From Octopus sinensis (Eukaryota), in contig NW_021832678.1 of NCBI RefSeq assembly GCF_006345805.1, positions 1 through 29,904 of the forward strand: a stretch of 29,904 nucleotides of DNA, given 5' to 3'. The notes under the pieces were generated by a model that made no database searches, was not told the DNA's origin, and was given only the letters and a program-made list of their open reading frames with translations. The number at the start of each line of letters is the position of its first letter. Position 1 is the stretch's first letter. Of the stretch, positions 11,696-21,690 are shown in pieces. The position numbers were made by a program, and so were the translations under genes.

Positions 11696-11831
11696 TATTC
11701 TTTTCTACTCTAGGCACAAGGCCCGAAATTTGAGGGGTGGGCAGTCGATTAGATCCAACCCAGTGCGCAACTAGTACTTAATTTATCAACCCCGAAAGGA
11801 TGAAAGGCAAAGTCAACCACGGCGGAATTTG
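11696..11831 (-). mobile_element. Type C SINE core and tail, headless
   Basis: Homologous to 11471-11602. Confidence 0.85.
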
Positions 11832-11952
11832 ACTTTGGTCGGCCCGAGGCTATAGTAGAAGACACTTGCTCAAGGTGCCACGCTGTGAGACTGAACCCAG
11901 AACCATGTGGTTGGTAAGCAAGCTACTTACCCACACAGCCATTCCTGCGTCT
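11832..11952 (-). mobile_element. Type B SINE 5' part
   Basis: CTTTGGTCGGCCCGAGGCTATAG...CTACTTACCCACACAGCCATTCCTGCG. Confidence 0.88.
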
Positions 11953-12713
11953 ACATCATTCTGACAGTCTACATCATTCTGACAGTCTCCATCTACAGGA
12001 TTTTATCAGAGCAACCAACAAACTTCCCTGTTCGATTCCCAGGCGTGATCAACTAAGACAATGGATATTAAATAACCATCTCACACGCGGTCTGCCTATA
12101 GCTCTCCTGTCGGTGGGCTTGGCTGGAAGGGCCTGCGTTGCGATCTTTCCCTGCGCCAGCCTAATCACATATTTAATCTGCTAACGAAATTCATGCCACG
12201 TGTAAAACTAGGGTATTTGAGAACAATTGATAAATACACCGGCCGAAAAGAAATGTAGAGGAAGGGGCCTGTAATATTCTTGAAATCCATTCTTCTAAAT
12301 TCAGTGGGACAGGAAGTGGCCTAACAATTGAAAACATTAGCATTTAAAAGAAAAAAACTAACGGAGATGAAAGAGGGTAATACAAAGATGACAAGAGCGG
12401 GGGATTGAATTGAGACGTTAGCAAGGGGTGAAGGGGAAAGAAAAGAAAGAAAGAAATAAGGAAAAAAGGGGAAATATGACAAGATGAGACAGATGTGTAA
12501 GAAGGGAAAATAGAAGAAGGAAAAATGGAAGAAAAAGAATGAGAAATGAAGAGAACACGAAGAACCAGTCGAGATGTAACAAGTTCAATGATAAATGAAG
12601 ACTACAAAATGAGTAAAGAAATGAGAAAGAAGAAGAATGAAAATTAACAACATGAATAATAACAAGAGAAGCATCTGGTGTTCGGTGCTTTATCGATTCA
12701 GCCCCTGTTACTC

Positions 12714-12715
<2 letters not shown>

Positions 12716-12744
<29 letters not shown>

Positions 12745-12893
12745 CATACATACATACATACATACATACATACATACGTACGTACATACATACATACATA
12801 CATACATACATACAATCATACATACATACAATCATACATACATACAACCATACATACATACATACTTACATACATACAATCATACATACATAC

Positions 12894-12924
<31 letters not shown>

Positions 12925-13175
12925 CATAGTTACATACAACATACAATCATACATACATACATACATACATACATACATAGATACATACATACATACATAC
13001 ATACATACATACATACATACAATCATACATACATACAATCATACATACATAATAACATACATACATTCTTAAGTACAATTATGCATACATACATACATAC
13101 ATTCACACATATGTTCATACATACATACGTACGTTCGGATGTACATACATATATTCATACATTTATACATACATA
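12716..13175. repeat. (CATA)n microsatellite with recurring CAAT interruptions
   Basis: Visible directly. Confidence 0.95.
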
Positions 13176-13582
13176 CAATGTGTGTGCGTTTCTTGATGAA
13201 CAAATATTATCATCGATTGACTATTGTGAAATAAGCAAAGTTAAGGTATTTACGTATAATAAGGATGGGTGAAAGAGACAGACAAACAGACAGACGGAGG
13301 CTCATATCAAAAACTGAATCTTCAATATTGATTGATATTAAAGGTTACTAAATACCGGAAGCGAGTGGGAGTGTCTGGTGGGAATTCTGCTCGAGAGTGA
13401 GGAAAAAGAGAAGAGAGCAAAAAGGTGCTTAAGGGAGAAAGGGAAGGACAGGTGGGGTGTGGGTGTAAAAGATACAAATGATGATGTGTAAAGAATTCGG
13501 GTGATTGAGAGGATAAGAAAAAGTTGGAGAAAAGAAAGAAGAAAGGAGGAAACAAAAACAGTTAAAAGGAAAGCGAAATAAA

Positions 13583-13743
13583 CAGGAGTGGCTGTGTGGT
13601 AAGTAGCTTGCTAACCAACCACATGGTTCCGGGTTCAGTCCCACTGCGTGGCATCTTGGGCAAGTGTCTTCTGCTATAGCCCCGGGCCGACCAATGCCTT
13701 GTGAGTGGATTTGGTAGACGGAAACTGAAAGAAGCCTGTCGTA

Positions 13744-13807
<64 letters not shown>

Positions 13808-14037
13808 ATATGTATGTGTGTGTGTTTGTGAGTCTGTGTTTGTTCCCCTAGCATGCTTGACAAACCGATGCTGGTGTGTTTACGGTCCCCGTCACTTAGC
13901 GGTTCGGCAAAAAGAGACCGATAGAATAAGTACTGGGCTTACAAAAAGAATAAGTCCCGGGGTCGAGTTGCTCGACTAAAAGCGGTGCTCCAGCATGGCC
14001 GCAGTCAAATGACTGAAACAAGTAAAAGAGAAAAGAG
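13583..14037 (+). mobile_element. Type B SINE, near full length, expanded internal (TA)n
   Basis: High identity to 2795-3217 and 10322-10744. Confidence 0.92.
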
Positions 14038-14039
14038 AT

Positions 14040-14935
14040 ACAAAAACTGATAGACAGAAAAACCGATAGGCAAAGAAATAGTCGGAGAAAGAGAGACATA
14101 CTCAGGCGTATAGACAGATAGACACATGAACAGACAGAAAACAGACAGACAGGCATATAGACAGATAGACAAACGAACAGACAGACAGGCATAGACAGCC
14201 ATATAGACAGATAGACAGATAGACACATGGACAGACAGACAGACACAGAGAGAGACATATAGACAGATAGACAAACGAACAGACAGGCAGACATAGACAG
14301 ACATATAGACAGATAGACAGATAGACATATACACAGATATATAGACAAATAGATACATGAACAGACAGACACATAGAAAGACATATAGACAGACACATAA
14401 AACAGACAGACTGTTAGACAGACACATTGACACATAAATAGACATATGAACAGATATACAGATAGACAGACACAGAGACAGACATATAGGCAGATAGACA
14501 CATGAACAAACAGATAGACACATAGAGAGACATGTAGACAGATAGACATATGAACAGATAGACAGTTAGACAGACATAGACACAGATATAAACAGACTCA
14601 TGAACAGACAGACAAACAGACACAGAGACAGACATATAGACAGATAGACACATGAATAGACAGACAGACAGGCACATAGACAGATATATAGACAGGTAGA
14701 CACATGAACAGATAGACAGATACATATACACACATATAAACAGACACATGAACAGATATACAATACAGACAGACACAGAGACAGACATATAGACAGATAG
14801 ACATATGAACAGACAGGCATATACATAGACAGACAAACCATAGACATAGAGTGACAGACACATAGACCGATAGATGCACAGACAGATACATAAATACACA
14901 GAGAGACAGACAGACAGACAGAAACATGCACAGGC
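14040..14935. repeat. Cryptic GACA/TAGA/CATA low-complexity satellite
   Basis: Recurrent ACAGATAGACACATGAACAG-type words. Confidence 0.9.
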
Positions 14936-14940
14936 ACACC

Positions 14941-15796
14941 CTGGTGCAAAAAATTCCATTGTAACTATTGAGGAACAAGCAGAGAAGCTTAGATTTGGTC
15001 ATTAAACCATTCATTGACACCTGCTTGCCATCGGAAAAGTCAGCAAATTGGGTCAATGGGTTTCTCACAAACTTTCTGAGTCTAATCGCGTGCAGAGTGA
15101 ACATGTGCGCCTCACGAATGAACCTTTTTGGGACCGAATAGTGACTGGCGGTGAGACATGGATTCTCTATAAAAATGTCAAGCGCAGAATGCAGTAGGTA
15201 GGAAAAAGCGAAATACTGGCAGCCCAGGCTAAAGGTCTTCACCCACGTAAGGTGTTGTTATCCGTTTGGTGGGAAATGAAAGGTTTAGTCCTCTTTGAAC
15301 TTTTAAATCCAAAGCAAATGATAGCAAAAGAGATCTACGACGAGCAACTTGAGCGGTTTAAGTCAGTGCTAGATGGAAAACGACCATCTTTGGTTTCAAG
15401 ACGAAAGGTGTTCTTCCATCAGGATAATGCACGGCCTCTTACAACGAGGATAACATTCCAAAGACTGGAGAAGTTTGAATAGGAAACGATACCCACCCAC
15501 CATATTCACCGGATATTGCCCCATCTGATTATCGTTTATTCCGCAATCTTCAAAATCATTTTAATGGAAAAAATATGAATTCTGTAGACGAGGTCAGAAC
15601 AGTACTGGAAGAGTATTTTTCGTCAGGGACAAGTGAATTTTGAAAGAGGGGCCTTGCGAGTCTACAAGGCAGATGGAAGAAGCATTGTAGAAAATGAAGG
15701 TAGGTATATTTTAGATTAAAAGGAACTTTGTTTATCTTAATTTTGAAAAATAAAAGAAGTATAAAAATACCGCACTATTTATGGGATGACCCAATA
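14941..15796 (+). mobile_element. 5'-truncated mariner (DD34D) transposon, transposase pseudogene with right TIR
   Basis: Translation: GQWVSHKLS (WVPHEL motif), RIVTGGETWILY (TGDEKW with first D lost), LHPRKVLLSVWW, FFHQDNARP, PPYSPDIAPSDYRLF, ending GRYILD* at 15719. Several stops and frameshifts. Right TIR-like end CCGCACTATTTATGGGATGACCCAA-TA. Confidence 0.95.
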
Positions 15797-16250
15797 GATA
15801 TATAGATGCACAGACTCTTAAGGCACGTAGATACATAGAAAGACACATAGACCCACAAGTAGATACAGAACCACAGTCAGATAGGCACATAGTATCACAG
15901 TTCGATCGACACATAGAACCATAGACAGAGAGACACATGCATACACAGGCGGGCACATAGAACGACAGACAGAGAGATACATACATACACAGGCGGGCAC
16001 ATAGAACGACAGACAGACAGACACAGAACCACAGTCAGATAGGCACAGAACCACAGACAGACAAACACATTGATACAGAGAGAGACACATAGATGCATAG
16101 ACAGATTGACAGACAGACTGAGAGACAGACAGTCACATAGCTACATAGACACACACATAGCTATACAGACCGATAGAAAGATAGATACACAGACCAACAG
16201 ATACATAGACACACAGGCATATATAGACAAATAGATAGATGTTTAGATTG
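15797..16250. repeat. Continuation of the GACA/TAGA cryptic satellite
   Basis: Same word composition, with a local duplication of CATACACAGGCGGGCACATAGAACGACAGACAGA. Confidence 0.85.
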
Positions 16251-16512
16251 AAAGAAAGAAAGGAAGGAAGCCAGAGATAGGAAGAGGTTGAAATACAAAA
16301 GCTCAATTTACGTGAGAAGATGTTAAGACTAGCAAACGATATTTCCATAATAAACAAAGACTTGTGTGAAAAAGTCAGTTAACCGTGTTAAAAATATAAT
16401 GTTATGAAGTGTCGAATATAGTTTAGCTGGGGGTGGCGTGGCGGAGGGGGACTGTGATAGCATCAGGTCATTTATCAAACTGTAAACACATTTTTACTTA
16501 TATGTATAATAT

Positions 16513-16578
<66 letters not shown>

Positions 16579-16889
16579 ATATATGTGTGTGTGTATATAT
16601 GTATATATATATATGTATATATATATATGTATGTATACATACAGGATGGTACATAGTTATAGTAATGTGGTGTAGTGTAGAAAAGTAACAATAGATATCG
16701 TTTTAAACGGTTGAAATATCGGGTGTTGATGATGAAGATATTGACAAAAGGAATTCAGATGTACATCGATGTAGACGAAGGGTCAAATAGAAAAGTGTGG
16801 AAAAAAACAACCATAACAAACAAAAGAAACGAATAAAAAGAAACAAAGTAAAAAAACAAAACAAAAAAAAAGCAAGGTGATATGAGCTT

Positions 16890-16991
16890 AGGCATCCGCT
16901 GTATGGTCGTTTAGCAACCATGTGGTCTCAGGTTCAGTCCCACTGAGCGGACTTTGGGCGAGTGTTTTTTTTTTTTTGCACTAGCCCCAGG
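16890..16991 (+). mobile_element. Diverged type B SINE head
   Basis: CAACCATGTGGTCTCAGGTTCAGTCCCACTG...CTTTGGGCGAGTGT. Confidence 0.7.
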
Positions 16992-17485
16992 TTATATATA
17001 TGGCATTATCTTGTCTTCGTAATTCGAATTGGTTCCATTTGTCACTAAGCGACTGTTCTATCTTCTCTGGAAGAGAGTTTAGCTTCGATAAATGAAGAAT
17101 TTACCATGTATGCGCAACGGTGCATATCTCCAAGACAATCAGACCCTTTTCCTTCATAGCATGACAGTTTTGGAAAAGTCTTAATTCCTAATATTAAACC
17201 ATCTTCCCATTTAAAGATGGTCCCGTTAATCACAAAGCGATTTTTTAAATCTTCACCGCTAGAGAAGATAAATTCAATAAAGAATCATCTTTAATAACGT
17301 AAACCCAGCTGCAATATGTCCGAACAGCAAGACTGGACGGTCATGGATAGAATGCCTGGTCACAAGTCTGCTCGAATAGAATAGGGTACTATTTCCAAAG
17401 TACCCTTTCGCTTCTTTTAAAGGCAATTAGATGTAATTGAGAATGTTAGGATAGATTGGTTGCGGTGAAACATTTGCTTGATATT

Positions 17486-17710
17486 GGTTTCAAATTTTGG
17501 CACAAGGCCAGCAATTTCAAGGAAGTGGTTAAATCGATTACATCGATATCAGTGCGCAACCAGTACTTATTTTATTGCCCCCCCCCCCACCACGAAAGGA
17601 TGAAAGACAAATTCGACTTCGACGGAATTTGAACTCAGAAAATAAAGACGGACGAGATTCCGCTAAGCATTTCGTCCGGCGCGCCAACACTTCTGCCAGC
17701 TCGCTGCCTT
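17486..17710 (-). mobile_element. Type C SINE, older variant, degenerate TSD
   Basis: Head and core match; flanks CATTTGCTTGATATT (17471-17485) and CATTGTTTGATATT (17713-17726). Confidence 0.85.
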
Positions 17711-17998
17711 AGCATTGTTTGATATTAAATTAGATTGAAACTTGTTAAAGCGTTGAAACAATGTCAAATAAATGACATAGAGAAGTGCCAACTGAACGGT
17801 TCGTTTTACCTTAGATTTCCTCGATATGTCGGGGTTATAACCCTTTCATCAGGACACGTAAAAGAAAGAATAAGAGATGGTATAGATCTGTTATCTTTCC
17901 GCATATCACAACTGCTTCCTACATATTTGAGCAGGCGCGTGCTATAGTAACAAATTTGCCTCGTGTAATTCTAGCTAGTTGGGTAATTAAGGTTTAAA

Positions 17999-18146
17999 TT
18001 AATTAACATAGCTATCTTAATTAAATCTTCGTTAAACAACAGACAGGAACTACAGGAGGCAGACTATAAAAACACCTGTCTGTGCATGTTTCTCCAGTTC
18101 AATGTTTAATGAAGGATTAATTAATTGATATAGCTATCTTAATTAA
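17999..18146 (+). other. Imperfect inverted repeat/hairpin with palindromic termini
   Basis: 17999-18038 pairs with 18103-18146; inner stems GAACT/AGTTC, GGAG/CTCC and GCAGAC/GTCTGT. Confidence 0.7.
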
Positions 18147-18158
18147 TAACTTGTTATG

Positions 18159-18689
18159 GTTATCTTTACAGATTCTGTATAGAAATTATAGCCAGCACTG
18201 GTTTTGCTACGACGTTTCGTATCCGAGATGCTTAATGTAAATAACAAGGAGATTGAAGATAAAAAATGAGTAATGAGTGTATATGCCATCTTCCAGGATA
18301 TTTTGTTTCTTCATCAGTACCCATCCAGTCCATTAACTATCCACTAACACACTGCTTAAAAAACCACTAAATATAGCAGCGTGACGCTATTGGCTATACC
18401 AATTTTACATATGAAAATCATTCTTGGAAACCGGTATGTAAATATTAATGACCGGTAGGGATTCCGTATTTTTTTATGCAACCCCAACATACTTCAAACT
18501 ATATTTAACGGTTAATGGGTTGGATGGGTGCTGATGAAGGAGCAAAAACGCCTGAAGTATGGCATATACGGCCATTATCAATTTTTCATCTTCGATCTCG
18601 TTGTTGTTTATATCAGCTGACTTGGATACGAAGCGTCGTCACAAATTCAGTGCTGGCTATAATTTATATAGAAAATCCGTAGAGGTAAT
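18159..18689 (+). ncRNA. Candidate long hairpin RNA (~180-bp arms, ~170-nt structured loop)
   Basis: 18159-18338 is the reverse complement of 18510-18689 with only two small gaps; differences are mostly G-U-compatible on the + strand. The inverted repeat is certain; RNA function is inferred. Confidence 0.6.
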
Positions 18690-18702
18690 GTTATACTATA
18701 CT

Positions 18703-18874
18703 GGCTCTCCGTCGGTTACGACGATGAGGGTTCCAGTTGATGTAATCAACGGAACAGCCTGCTCATGAAATTAACCTCATTGCGGCTGATCCCTCCACAG
18801 ACACGCGTACCCTTAACGTAGTTCTCAGGGTAGATCCAGCGTGACACAGAGTGTGACAATGCTGGCCCTTTGAA
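18703..18874 (-). mobile_element. Type A SINE 3' portion, diverged
   Basis: CTCCGTCGGTTACGACGATGAGGGTTCC...GTGACACAGAGTGTGACAA. Confidence 0.88.
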
Positions 18875-18879
18875 GTTCA

Positions 18880-18932
18880 ATCGACCCCGAAAGGATGAAA
18901 GGCAAAGTCGGAATTTGAACTCAGAACGTAAC
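18880..18932 (-). mobile_element. Type C SINE core fragment
   Basis: TCGACCCCGAAAGGATGAAAGGCAAAGTC..GAATTTGAACTCAGAACGTAAC. Confidence 0.85.
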
Positions 18933-18986
18933 AGCAGCCGAAAGTCTATTTTACAATATTACAATAAGCAACATGTTGTGCCTGTA

Positions 18987-19038
18987 TACTCTTTTACTTG
19001 TTTCAGTCATTTGACTGCGGCCATGCTTGAGCACCGCC
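18987..19038 (-). mobile_element. Type B SINE tail fragment
   Basis: TACTCTTTTACTTGTTTCAGTCATTTGACTGCGGCCATGCT.GAGCACCGCC. Confidence 0.85.
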
Positions 19039-19104
19039 TTTATTTTTTTTTTATTTTTTTTTTTTTTACGAACATGAAATTAGCATTAGCTTATCTCACT
19101 CTTT

Positions 19105-19173
19105 CTCACGGAACCCTTAGGAAGCTTTTGCAAGACCCCAGAGATTCGGAGAAGCCTGGGTTAAGAAACGCTG
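19105..19173. mobile_element. hAT-Charlie-like MITE end
   Basis: Terminus GGGTTAAGAAACGCTG (reverse complement CAGCGTTTCTTAACC, Charlie-type TIR), subterminal CACGGAACCC, flank CTCTAAAA resembling the NTCTAGAN target. Only one end seen. Confidence 0.55.
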
Positions 19174-19351
19174 CTCTAAAAAAAAGAACTAAACCACGCG
19201 TCTCCACAATCTTCATTAATATCGATAATGAAAAAAAAAAAAAAAGAATATGGAACTGTTGACATTTGGAGTAAATATGATATCTCCCATCCCTGTTCCT
19301 TACGTTACATTTCTTTTTTTTCATCAAGACAATTTATACGGAAACAGAATA

Positions 19352-19370
19352 CTGATGATGATGATGATGA

Positions 19371-19409
<39 letters not shown>

Positions 19410-19508
19410 AACAACAACAACAACAACAACAACAATAATAATAATAATAATAATAATGTGTTCGGAAAACACTCGTCGAGAAATGGAAGAAAATTTAAAG
19501 AAAGAAGG

Positions 19509-19580
<72 letters not shown>
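19352..19580. repeat. Compound GAT/ACT/ACA/AAT trinucleotide repeats and an (AAT)n tract
   Basis: Visible directly. Confidence 0.95.
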
Positions 19581-19581
<1 letters not shown>

Positions 19582-19766
19582 CACCAGGACTTACAAACAC
19601 ATATAACATACAGAAAATTGCACTACTAGGCACTGCACACATCCTACGCAGAACACTTTCCATACAATAACCATCAGAGCATCACAACAAATCACAGCAC
19701 ATACCCAGGCACACAGAGCTGCGCTCGGTAGTGAAGTGAAAGCACGCTATAAAAATAAAACTACTG
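19581..19766 (+). mobile_element. 3' end of an R4/Dong-like (RLE) non-LTR retrotransposon inserted in (AAT)n
   Basis: 19581-19670 reads TPGLTNTYNIQKIALLGTAHILRRTLSIQ*, matching the QK.ALLGTA.ILR C-terminus of this clade. A short 3' UTR with AATAAA follows, and (AAT)n lies on both sides. Confidence 0.88.
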
Positions 19767-19772
19767 AATAAC

Positions 19773-19846
<74 letters not shown>

Positions 19847-19870
19847 TGATAATGATAATCATAATGATAA
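19767..19870. repeat. (AAT)n microsatellite
   Basis: Visible directly. Confidence 0.95.
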
Positions 19871-20048
19871 AACTAACTGTGGGAAACAGGTTACCCATGA
19901 GAAAACTGATTTCCTAACATTCAGAAGTTCGTATGCAAATACGTTGCTGGCTGTCCTCAGTAGCCATTGCTATATCAACGCTAGATTTTTTTTTACTGTG
20001 AAATGGACAGCATTTGAGAGACACACAACGTTATATATATATATATAT

Positions 20049-20082
<34 letters not shown>

Positions 20083-20302
20083 ATATATATACACATATGT
20101 ATGTATGTCTATATATTTGGAATTAGGACAACAAAAATCTTACAGTGTAAATAGGTGTTAAATTACTTGAAATTTTAATGGCACCCTTGCTTAACAGCCA
20201 ACAAGTGTCGTATGACACTAAAAATCTGTTTGTGAATTAATAGCTGTTAAAAGTCGACACATTCAAACAAGTGTATGTAATAGATTCGTTAATCTCAAAC
20301 AA

Positions 20303-20392
20303 ACCGCCGCCACCGCTACAACCCGCAACCACCACCACCACCACCACCACCACTGCCACCACCACCACTGCCGCCGCGCCGCCGCTGCTGCC
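20303..20392. repeat. (CCA)/(CCG) trinucleotide tract
   Basis: Visible directly. Confidence 0.85.
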
Positions 20393-21138
20393 ATCGCCCT
20401 TACATTCAATGTCTTCTGGGATTGTTTGTGTTGAGTGATGCGTAAAGAGACTATGTAAATAATCACATGAACTTAAAAAGGATTAAGACCTCACGTCCTG
20501 CTCCGTTCGCTTTCTTTTCAATTGAGAGTGGTTCAAATATTTCGAATGTGAAATCCGGGTTTCTCTGTGAAAAGTCAGTTTGATCGACCCACGCATTTTT
20601 GAAACGATATTCTTCAGAGTCTGTGAGATTTCTGAGTCCAAATAGTTTTCCTGTATGTAATGTGTTAAGTTTTTAATTAAAAAATCGCTTGTTTGTGTCT
20701 CAACAATTATTGATAATTATGGCGTCCATTGCATTGAAGATGGTCAGATTGGACCAACACACTGTTGTCAGAGCAGAGCCCGTCCTCTCTATCACTGTCT
20801 CTGTCTCTGTCTGTCTCTCTCTTCCCCCCTCTCTCTCTCTATATATATATCTATATATATAAATTTGACATGGGCGATTCTTTCTTGTCTTGGGATTCAC
20901 GTTCAAACGGCTGGGTGGAATTGCACAAAAAATTACACAGATGTGTAGAATGATCCGGTGGTGATGCTGGTCTTTGTATGTTTTTCATAGCACCCATGGT
21001 TACCGAGATAATCTACTATAATAATACTCTTGTGTTTATGAATGAGAAAGGAAGGGGTGATAGATGAATAAGGAAGGAAAGAAGGAAGGAAGGAAGGAGT
21101 GATGTCATACATGGTAGTGGGATGATGGAAATTGTACG

Positions 21139-21181
<43 letters not shown>

Positions 21182-21542
21182 GTTTACGGGAAACGTTTTC
21201 AATATACAAATAAAGCTCCTAAATCCATTATCTCGGTCACAGTCTAATGATGCTGACTGGTGAACCAGCTTTTTGGGGTTTGAATCGATCTGCACCGATA
21301 TAATGTATGAGAAATATAATAATAATAACAATAATAATCCTTGGATGGAAATATAAACATTTAACGCATCGCTACGCGCGTTTCCACATATCATATATCT
21401 CTTCAGATCACAATCCATATTCCTGGCAACGAGTATGTCATCCTCATGGATTCATTTCATCAGGCGATATAGCATTAGTGGATGTTTACCAGAGGGATGT
21501 TTATCCCTTTTGACTGGTGGGTTATAGTTTACCCAACCTTCG

Positions 21543-21690
21543 CAGTTCAAATTCCGCAGAGGTCGATTTTGCCTTTCATTCTTTCGAGGTTCAGTAACCG
21601 TGTACCAGTTGAGTACTGTGGTTAATTTACTCGACTCACCATCTTCTCCAAAATTTCAGGCCTTGTGCATATAGTAGAAAGGATCATTAT
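21543..21690 (+). mobile_element. Type C SINE core and tail, diverged
   Basis: AGTTCAAATTCCGC.GAGGTCGATTTTGCCTTTCAT...AAATTTCAGGCCTTGTGC...AGTAGAAAGGAT. Confidence 0.8.

Noticed and set aside
12637-14959. Long ORFs rich in HTYI, CLSV or YIYI, also at 3671-4237, 9079-9658 and 26383-27245
   Set aside because: Translations of microsatellites lacking stop codons.
15252-15482. Functional transposase or SETMAR-like gene
   Set aside because: In-frame stops, frameshifts, first catalytic D mutated and N-terminus missing.
18531-18575. Hammerhead within the long hairpin (CTGATGAAGG...CCTGAAG)
   Set aside because: GAAG instead of GAAA, no NUH site with stem I, and the segment is sequestered in the long stem.
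19250-19629. PolyQ/polyT/polyN coding region
   Set aside because: Trinucleotide microsatellites flanking a LINE end; no splice or domain context.
21407-21513. Possible + strand exon after CTCTTCAG
   Set aside because: No recognisable peptide in any frame, and the signals are within chance expectation.
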